From the NCBI GenBank assembly GCA_039810085.1, contig JBDHWG010000009.1:12609-76608 (forward strand): 64,000 nt of DNA, read 5' to 3'. This stretch comes from Anaerolineae bacterium. Lineage in GTDB: Bacteria > Chloroflexota > Anaerolineae > Epilineales > JAHCIE01. Below, one piece after another: positions 57,766 through 64,000 of the stretch (its first letter is position 1; the number at the start of each line of letters is the position of its first letter). Position numbers and translations under genes: made by a program. The notes under the pieces were generated by a model that ran no database searches, was not told where the DNA came from, and saw only the letters and a list, made by a program, of their open reading frames with translations.

Positions 57766-58830
57766 TTACTCTGCGATGTTCGAGCTTGACCGCTGGCGGG
57801 CGCGCTCGACGGCTTCGCGCAGGCCCGTCTCATACGGCGGGCGCACAACGCCCTCCTCGGTAATGATAGCCGTGATGTAGCGCGCAGGCGTCACATCAAA
57901 GGCCGGGTTTGCCACAGCCACACCCTCCGGCGCGACACGTTCGCTCCCGACGTGGGTCACTTCACGCGGGTCGCGCTCCTCGATGGGAATGTCCGCGCCG
58001 GTCGGCGTGTTGAGGTCAACAGTCGATGTCGGCGCAACGACGTAGAACGGGATGCCGTTCTCTTTCGCCACGACCGCCAGCTTGTACGTGCCAATCTTGT
58101 TGGCCGTGTCGCCGTTGGCCGCGATGCGGTCCGCGCCGACGAGGCACAGGTCCACCTTGCCCGACGCCAGGAAGTAGCCGGACGCGTTGTCGGCGATGAG
58201 GGTCTGGGGAATGCCCATCTCCTTCAGCTCCCACGCCGTGAGCTTGGCCCCCTGGAGCCGGGGGCGCGTCTCGTCCACCAGGACGTGCAGGTGCTTGCCT
58301 TGCTCGTGGGCCGCCCGGACGACGCCCAGCGCCGTCCCGAAGTCTACCGTCGCTAGTGCGCCGGTGTTGCAGTGGTGGATGACCGTCGCGCCATCCGGGA
58401 CGAGATCCGCGCCGAACGTGCCCATGCGCCGGTTCAAGGCGACGTCTTCATCCGCCAGAGCCTCGGCCTCGTCGAGCACCGCCGCGCGAATCGCGTCCGC
58501 GTCGCCTTCGGTAGCCTGCGCCCGCCGCAGCAGACGGTCCAGGCCCCAGCGCAGATTGGCCGCCGTGGGTCGCGCGGCGTCAATCTCGTCGGCTGCCCGC
58601 TCCAACTCGGTCAGCAGGGCAGCGCGGTCTGTCGCAGGGCTGCTGGCCGCCGCGAGGGCCAGAGCGAACGCGCCCGTTGCCCCAATCGCCGGCGCACCGC
58701 GCACCACCATGTCCTTGATCGCCGCGGCCACGTCCCGGTAGTCGGTGTACTCGACGACGACAAACTGGTTGGGCAGCGCCCGCTGGTCGATCATTCTCAC
58801 TTTGCCGTCATGCCAATCGACGGTTCGCAT
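57766..58830 (-). CDS. mtnA: Methylthioribose-1-phosphate isomerase (eIF-2B alpha/beta/delta family)
   Basis: [56 protein letters not shown]. Confidence 0.85.
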   Translation of the reverse strand: MRTVDWHDGKVRMIDQRALPNQFVVVEYTDYRDVAAAIKDMVVRGAPAIGATGAFALALAAASSPATDRAALLTELERAADEIDAARPTAANLRWGLDRLLRRAQATEGDADAIRAAVLDEAEALADEDVALNRRMGTFGADLVPDGATVIHHCNTGALATVDFGTALGVVRAAHEQGKHLHVLVDETRPRLQGAKLTAWELKEMGIPQTLIADNASGYFLASGKVDLCLVGADRIAANGDTANKIGTYKLAVVAKENGIPFYVVAPTSTVDLNTPTGADIPIEERDPREVTHVGSERVAPEGVAVANPAFDVTPARYITAIITEEGVVRPPYETGLREAVERARQRSSSNIAE

Positions 58831-58861
58831 CAGCCTTCTCTTGTCGTTGGTGCGTCAACAC

Positions 58862-59049
58862 AAAAAAATGTCTCTCCATGCGCACAGAGAGACACTGCTG
58901 CAAGGTCTCTCATCTTTCAGGCGCTTCGCCTGCCGGAGTTGGCACCAGGCGCGGATGATCTCGGCTGGCGAGCTTACGCTCGCGTCACGATCCGGGCTGG
59001 TTGCCGGGGCTTCACAGGGCCGTTCCCTCCACCCCTCTGGATAAGAGCC
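58862..59049 (-). ncRNA. SAM-I (S-box) riboswitch with intrinsic terminator, in the leader of the mtnA-pfkB-GNAT-ahcY-metK operon
   Basis: Minus-strand RNA reads CUCUUAUCCAGAGGGGUGGAGGGAACGGCCCUGUGAAGCCCCGGCAACC...GGUGCCAACUCCGGCAGGCGAAGCGCCUGAAAGAUGAGAG, then terminator GUCUCUC-N10-GAGAGAC-AUUUUUUU. Confidence 0.8.
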
Positions 59050-59212
59050 AATCTTTAATTGTCGCAGAATACTAGCACACTCACGCCGCCGGGTCAAATT
59101 AGGGCCGGCCCTTGTGAAGAGGACGGCCGGGGTGCGGGGGCGATAGCCCCTGCCGACAAAGCAATCTTTCGGCAGGCGACAGACGGTCTGAGCGGTTATA
59201 GCGTGACTATCA

Positions 59213-59249
59213 CCCGTCGGGAGATTGCTTCGCGTTCGCTCGCAACGAC
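59213..59249. repeat. Partial (3-prime half) copy of the 64-bp palindromic repeat family, just downstream of ccmC stop
   Basis: CCCGTCGGGAGATTGCTTCGCGTTCGCTCGCAACGAC matches CGGGAGATTGCTTCGCTGACGCTCGCAATGAC of copy 1. Confidence 0.35.
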
Positions 59250-59253
59250 GCGG

Positions 59254-59967
59254 TTAGCTCGGTTGCACTTCAGCCGTGACGGGCTGCGGGTGGGCAGCGA
59301 CCTCGATCCGGTCGCGCTCCACTTCCAGGGACACGCGCAGCGCCATCAAGAAGACATACACCAGGGTGAACGAGAGCATGCCGGCCACCAGGGCCAAGAC
59401 CATCGGCTCGCTCATCGCCGGGCCGCCGGGCCGCACGACAATGGGCTGCGGGTGCAGCGTGCGCCACCAGAGGACGGCGAAGTGGATGATGGGGATGTCC
59501 AGCGCCCCGACGATACCAACGATGGCGGCGAGGCGGGCGCGGCGCTCCGGGTCGTCCAGCGCGCTGCGCAGCATCAGGTAGCCCACGTAGATGAGCCACA
59601 TGATGAGGAAGCTGGTCAGGCGCGCATCCCAGGTCCAGTACGTGCCCCACTCCAGCTTACCCCACAGCATGCCGGAAATGAGGGTAATCGTCGTGAACAG
59701 CACGCCGATTTCGGCTGACGCCAGGGCGATAATATCCCAGACATGGGTGCGCCGCCACAGGTAGAGGATGCTGGCGATAGCGACGACGCCAACGGCGAGA
59801 TACGACGCCCAGGCGGATGGCGCGTGGAAATACAGAATGCGGATCGTGTCCCCCATCGTGCGCTCTGGGGGCGACCAGACCAGGCCCAGGTAGAGGGTAA
59901 CGAGCATCGAGATGGCCGTGGCAATCCCCAGACCCCCCACAATCGGTCTCAAACGTTTGGTGGTCAT
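59254..59967 (-). CDS. ccmC: Cytochrome c-type biogenesis heme exporter protein C
   Basis: WWD domain LWGKLEWGTYWTWDARLTSF. Confidence 0.85.
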   Translation of the reverse strand: MTTKRLRPIVGGLGIATAISMLVTLYLGLVWSPPERTMGDTIRILYFHAPSAWASYLAVGVVAIASILYLWRRTHVWDIIALASAEIGVLFTTITLISGMLWGKLEWGTYWTWDARLTSFLIMWLIYVGYLMLRSALDDPERRARLAAIVGIVGALDIPIIHFAVLWWRTLHPQPIVVRPGGPAMSEPMVLALVAGMLSFTLVYVFLMALRVSLEVERDRIEVAAHPQPVTAEVQPS

Positions 59968-59969
59968 GT

Positions 59970-60755
59970 TTACTCCTCAATCACATAGCCAAAGACAAGC
60001 ATACCGACAACCAGGAACACGATATCGAAGGCGGCCAGCATTGTCAACGGCGGGCCGAGGTCCTCACCGCCGCCCCGCAGAACGATGCCCGTCGCGCCGA
60101 CCGCCGTGATGACGACGGGCACGAGAATCGGGAAGAGCAGGATGGGCAAAAGGACCTCGCGGGTGCGCGTATTGGCGGCAATCGCCGCGAAGATCGTCCC
60201 GGCCGCCACGAAACCAAGCGTTCCCATGAATATTACGGGAATCAGGTCGAGTCGGATGGGTTGGTTGTTGAGCAGGCTGTAGACCGGCACAATCACCAGC
60301 TCCATGACTGACATGAAGATGAGCGTGCTGATGAGCTTGCCCAGGTAGATGGCGCTGCGGTCCATCGGGGCGAGCATCAGCCCCTCCAGCGCGCCGCGAT
60401 CCTTTTCCAAGGCAAAGCTGCGGTTCAGGCCCAGGATACCTGCGAAGATGAAGGCCACCCAGAGAATACCCGGCCCGATGAGGTCCATCTCCGCTCGGCG
60501 CAGGTCGAACGCGAAGTTGAAGATGAGCACGACGAGCAGGCCGAAGACCAGCGTCGCCGACAGAATCTCTTTGGTGCGCCGCTCGGCGAGGAGGTCCTTC
60601 CAGACCAAGGCCCATACCTGGCGCGCATACTGCGTCGGCCCGTAGGCCGGGGCGGGGCGGGCCGTCCAGCGCTCGGCCGGCGCAGGAAACACCTCCGGCG
60701 CGTCCACCGCCATCTCCGGCGCATCAGACATCGCCGGGCTAGGAGGGCGGCTCAC
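59970..60755 (-). CDS. ccmB: Heme exporter protein B (ABC permease)
   Basis: 261 aa, 6 TM; 4-nt overlap with ccmA and 2-nt gap to ccmC. Confidence 0.8.
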   Translation of the reverse strand: MSRPPSPAMSDAPEMAVDAPEVFPAPAERWTARPAPAYGPTQYARQVWALVWKDLLAERRTKEILSATLVFGLLVVLIFNFAFDLRRAEMDLIGPGILWVAFIFAGILGLNRSFALEKDRGALEGLMLAPMDRSAIYLGKLISTLIFMSVMELVIVPVYSLLNNQPIRLDLIPVIFMGTLGFVAAGTIFAAIAANTRTREVLLPILLFPILVPVVITAVGATGIVLRGGGEDLGPPLTMLAAFDIVFLVVGMLVFGYVIEE

Positions 60756-61513
60756 GCGCTAGCTCCTGCAGCGGCGTGGGACGCAGCGACATACGCCTCA
60801 GCCAGCTCGCCTGGTCGTAGCGACGCGCAGTCGGCGGCGTACACCAGGCGGCCGCCCGCCAGAATCGCAACGCGGTCCGCGATGGCAGCGCCGCGATCCA
60901 GGTCGTGGCTTGTCATGAGAATGGTGTGGCCCTGGCGCTTCAGCACCCCGAGCATCTCCGTCAGCCAGTCCATCGCCGCCGGGTCCAGCCCTGTATACGG
61001 CTCGTCTAGCAAGAGGAGGCGTGGGTCATGGAGCAGAGCACGAGCAATGGCAACACGCTGCTGCATGCCGCGCGAGAACTGCCGCACCGGCTGGTTGGCG
61101 CGGTGGATAAGGCCAACGCGCTCCAGAAGCTCGGCGGCTCGGATTGTTCCCTGGGGCAAATCATACAGTCGGGCGAAGAAGACGAGGTTTTCCCGCGCGG
61201 TCAGGTCGGGGTAGAGCAAGGGCTGATGCGAGACGAAGCCCAGGAGGCGACGCGCGGCGATATCGTTGGCCTGCGCCACCATCCCGCTCAGGCGAATCTC
61301 GCCGCCGGTCGCTTTGCCGAGGCCGGCGACGATGCGCATCAACGTTGTCTTGCCCGCGCCGTTGGGGCCAAAGAGCGTCACGACCTCGCCGTCGCGGATA
61401 TCCACGTCAACCTCGCGCAGCGCCCAGAAGCTGCCAAAACGCTTGGAGAGACGCCGAACGCTGAGGAGCGCGGGAGCATCGGAAACTGGGGTGGAAGAGA
61501 ATACCTGACTCAT
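60752..61513 (-). CDS. ccmA: Heme exporter ATP-binding protein A (ABC ATPase)
   Basis: Walker A FGPNGAGKTTL, signature/Walker B LLLDEPYTGLD. Confidence 0.85.
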   Translation of the reverse strand: MSQVFSSTPVSDAPALLSVRRLSKRFGSFWALREVDVDIRDGEVVTLFGPNGAGKTTLMRIVAGLGKATGGEIRLSGMVAQANDIAARRLLGFVSHQPLLYPDLTARENLVFFARLYDLPQGTIRAAELLERVGLIHRANQPVRQFSRGMQQRVAIARALLHDPRLLLLDEPYTGLDPAAMDWLTEMLGVLKRQGHTILMTSHDLDRGAAIADRVAILAGGRLVYAADCASLRPGELAEAYVAASHAAAGASA

Positions 61514-61563
61514 ACCACCCTAAGTATAGGATGACGCAGCGCGCGGGTCAACGTCTGCGACAG

Positions 61564-63387
61564 CTACGGCGTAGGCTGCGGCGCGGCCACATAGATGAGC
61601 GGCAAATAGACAAGATGCGGCGTCGGTGTGGGCGTCGGTGTGGCCGTCGAGGTATGCGTTGGCGTGACCGTCGACGTGCTCGTCACCGTCCGCGTCGGTG
61701 TTGACGGGCGCGTCGACGTCGGGGTGGTCGTCGCCGTTAGCGTACTCGTCGGCGTCAGTGTGATTGTCGCCGTTTCGGTCGGCGTCTCGGTGAGGAGCGG
61801 AGTCGGCGTGAGCGTAGCCGTCTCTGTCGGAGTGAGAGTCAGCGTAGCCGTTGGGGTTACCGTCGGCGTCTTGGTGGCCGTTGCCGTGGGTGTCACGGTG
61901 GGTGTGAATGTGGCTGTCGGTGTGGACGTCACCGTCGGAGTCGTGGTCAAGGTTGGCGTGCGCGTCACCGTGGGTGTGTTGGCGGCCACGATGTTTGTGA
62001 TGGTTGTCGAGCCGACCATGCCTTGCCTCGGCACAAAGCTGACATTCAGCGTCGTGGGGCTTGAAGTGACCGGCGGGCTGCTGGCAATAGCTTCATACGT
62101 CACGCCGACATAGCTGTAGCCAGACGCCGCCGATGGGACATGCACCTCGGACAGGACGCACGAGCTAATCGCCGGAATGTACGGGATGTTGAAGAGAACG
62201 GCGCCATTGGGGGCGACATTCTGGGTGGCGTTGGTTCCGGCGACGGGCTGGCCGTTACTATCAAAGCAGCCGAGGAACAACGTGAAGACGTCGCCGGCCA
62301 CATAGCCCTCCACAGGCCCTTGCAGCCGCTTCGTAACCGTCAATACGCCGAGGCCAAACGGCGTGGCGGTGGGCGTCATCGTGCTGGTCGGCGTCACCGT
62401 CGCGGTTGCCGTGTGCGTCGGCGTGTGGGATGGGGTTGATGTGCTGGTCGGTGTGGCGGTGGACGTGGGCATGGGCGTATTGGTCGGGGTAGGCGTATCC
62501 GTCGTGGTAGGCGTATCGGTCGCGGTGGCTGTGGCTGTGTTCGGTAGCGTGGGTGTAATGGACGGTGTGTAGGTCGTTGTCGGGGTCAGCGTGATCGTCG
62601 GCGTGAGCGTGATGGTCGGGGTCGGCAGGTCAGGCTCGAAGTCATACGCCGTGCTGTTGTCGTCCAGGCCAACGGTCAGGGCGTCGACATTCCCGTCGAA
62701 CGAGTTCCAGCCTGTCCCCGCCCGGAGCGCCAGGCTACCCACAACGTAGCGGATGCCTGCGTTGGGGAAGCGCTCAAGGAAGTCGTGAAGGGTGCAGGGC
62801 AGGGCAGGGACGCAATAGTTGTTGCCGGGCGAATCGGTGGCGTACCAGCCCGCTGTGTGAAGGGCGTCCCACGTCTGCCACGCGCCGGTGTTGACGGTCG
62901 CCCCCGTCACCGACGGGTCGAAGATGAAATCGCCCTGGTAAGAGTTGTCGGCGTCGAGAAGATTATAGTCAATGCTCAAGTGGAGCTTGGCGGCCTGGCC
63001 GGGCGGATCGCTGGCAGTTTGATACGTGCTGTACGTCAGTTGAGTGAGTCGGCTCAGAGGAGTTCCCGCGTAGGATCGTGTATATATAGCGCCGCTGGCC
63101 CATGCGCTGTTGATGAGGAAGTGGAAGCTGCCAATGCCCATCGGCGGAATGTCAGGCCCGGTAACGAATTCCAGCACGGGCGCTAGAGCGTCAGGCGCGT
63201 ACGCCCAACCGTTCAGGGCCAAGGGCCGTACCGTGACCGTGGACAGGCTCTTGGGTGTCACCGTTGGGGTCGGGGTAAAGAAAGGGCCTTGGGCCGCCGC
63301 AGGTAACGGCCCAGTGGCCGCCAGGCATACGCCCACGAGCAAGCCACACCCCATCAGCCACAGCAGTGGATGCTGCCACATTTTCAT
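61564..63387 (-). CDS. Secreted protein with signal peptide and long (T/P)TxTPT linker repeats
   Basis: 607 aa; MKMWQHPLLWLMGCGLLVGVCLAATG signal; three PT-rich tracts separating globular segments. Confidence 0.65.
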   Translation of the reverse strand: MKMWQHPLLWLMGCGLLVGVCLAATGPLPAAAQGPFFTPTPTVTPKSLSTVTVRPLALNGWAYAPDALAPVLEFVTGPDIPPMGIGSFHFLINSAWASGAIYTRSYAGTPLSRLTQLTYSTYQTASDPPGQAAKLHLSIDYNLLDADNSYQGDFIFDPSVTGATVNTGAWQTWDALHTAGWYATDSPGNNYCVPALPCTLHDFLERFPNAGIRYVVGSLALRAGTGWNSFDGNVDALTVGLDDNSTAYDFEPDLPTPTITLTPTITLTPTTTYTPSITPTLPNTATATATDTPTTTDTPTPTNTPMPTSTATPTSTSTPSHTPTHTATATVTPTSTMTPTATPFGLGVLTVTKRLQGPVEGYVAGDVFTLFLGCFDSNGQPVAGTNATQNVAPNGAVLFNIPYIPAISSCVLSEVHVPSAASGYSYVGVTYEAIASSPPVTSSPTTLNVSFVPRQGMVGSTTITNIVAANTPTVTRTPTLTTTPTVTSTPTATFTPTVTPTATATKTPTVTPTATLTLTPTETATLTPTPLLTETPTETATITLTPTSTLTATTTPTSTRPSTPTRTVTSTSTVTPTHTSTATPTPTPTPHLVYLPLIYVAAPQPTP

Positions 63388-63543
63388 GTTTCCCCCGCGC
63401 CCCGACTATGTTAGGCTCTTCAAGCTGTCCCAGGGCTGGAACCATGCTCAGCTAAGAGCCGATGTGAGTGCTCTCTGAAGGACCGCCTCCTTCACAGGCA
63501 TGGTAAGATGCCTGATTGGTATAACGAACGAGCGCGTGAAGTG

Positions 63544-64000
63544 TTATTCACCGACTGGCTCAGGCGCACGGCGCTGCAAACGCTGCATGAGGATACGCGG
63601 CAGCAGGCGGGCTTCGTCCAGCCCGAGCAGCAGGACACCCGCCCCGTAGACAATCGCGCCGGCGAGACCGGCGACGACGAGAACAATGATGGAGCGCTGG
63701 TCGGCGAGCATGGTGCGCAGGACGAGCATGACGACACCGGCGACGGCGGCGCTCCCCGTGATCTTCGCCAGGCCGCCCAACAGCCAAGGGCCAGCAATGC
63801 CGTCAATCCGTCGGCGGAGAATCACAAGCAGCACCAGCGTCTCAATTGAGAAGGCGATGGAGTTGGCGAGGGCGAGGCCGGTCACGCCGAGCGGGCCACG
63901 CAGGGCGAAGGCAAGGCCCATGTTGATGAGCATCGAGACAACGGCGACCTTGAGCGGCGTCAGCGTGTCCTTCGTGGCGAAGAAGGTGCGGGCCACGATT
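63544..64000 (-). CDS. murJ: Lipid II flippase MurJ (C-terminal part; gene continues beyond window end)
   Basis: RTFFATKDTLTPLKVAVVSMLINMGLAFAL...GLALANSIAFSIETLVLLVILRRRI matches MurJ TM11-14. Confidence 0.7.
   Translation of the reverse strand, partial: IVARTFFATKDTLTPLKVAVVSMLINMGLAFALRGPLGVTGLALANSIAFSIETLVLLVILRRRIDGIAGPWLLGGLAKITGSAAVAGVVMLVLRTMLADQRSIIVLVVAGLAGAIVYGAGVLLLGLDEARLLPRILMQRLQRRAPEPVGE

Overview
This is a 64-kb window from a high-GC bacterium; it looks Chloroflexota-like, at low confidence. It splits into two compositionally distinct parts.

**Accessory island (about 1–20.1 kb).** GC is visibly lower here, roughly 50% by eye against roughly 65–70% downstream, which suggests horizontal acquisition. 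The island is packed with defence and toxin–antitoxin genes:
- an AAA_22 ATPase + RHH-like repeat protein + HTH_36 module with palindromic operators at the window edge
- hicAB
- a DUF2321 zinc-ribbon protein
- an HTH-fused beta-class N4/N6 DNA methyltransferase convergent on a mcrBC type IV restriction system that is translationally coupled to an XRE regulator
- vapBC
- two large proteins with C-terminal Rx4HG (HEPN-like) motifs flanking a secreted PT-rich protein
- a four-gene operon of small proteins next to radC
- an AT-rich HTH-fusion gene
- brnTA followed by an unknown 180-aa protein and a small HEPN-motif protein
- a second, truncated radC paralog
- a 700-bp non-coding tract rich in GCGAAG repeats and hairpins

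**Core region (20.6–64 kb).**
- Housekeeping genes: a cytidylate-kinase-like protein, an MFS transporter, a NUDIX hydrolase, a pentapeptide-repeat protein and mgsA.
- A roughly 27-kb envelope-glycosylation supercluster. It holds six paralogous GT-C (PMT/ArnT-like) membrane glycosyltransferases with tandem C-terminal beta-domain repeats, a YfhO protein, a GtrB/ArnC-like GT2, a flippase-like protein, SDR epimerases, GT4 and GT2 enzymes, a polyprenyl synthase, TatD, a phosphohexomutase, gmd and an rmd-like gene.
- A SAM-I riboswitch-controlled mtnA–pfkB–GNAT–ahcY–metK operon.
- ccmABC, a secreted PT-rich protein and a partial murJ.

**Unusual features.**
- A perfect 29–37-bp palindrome (ACCTGACAGGTTTT..AAAACCTGTCAGGT) occurs twice at GT-C genes.
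- A roughly 64-bp imperfect-palindromic repeat family has three copies; one lies in-frame inside a GT-C coding sequence together with G-rich hairpins.
- A G11 homopolymer frameshifts a fifth GT-C gene.
- No rRNA, tRNA or CRISPR array was found.
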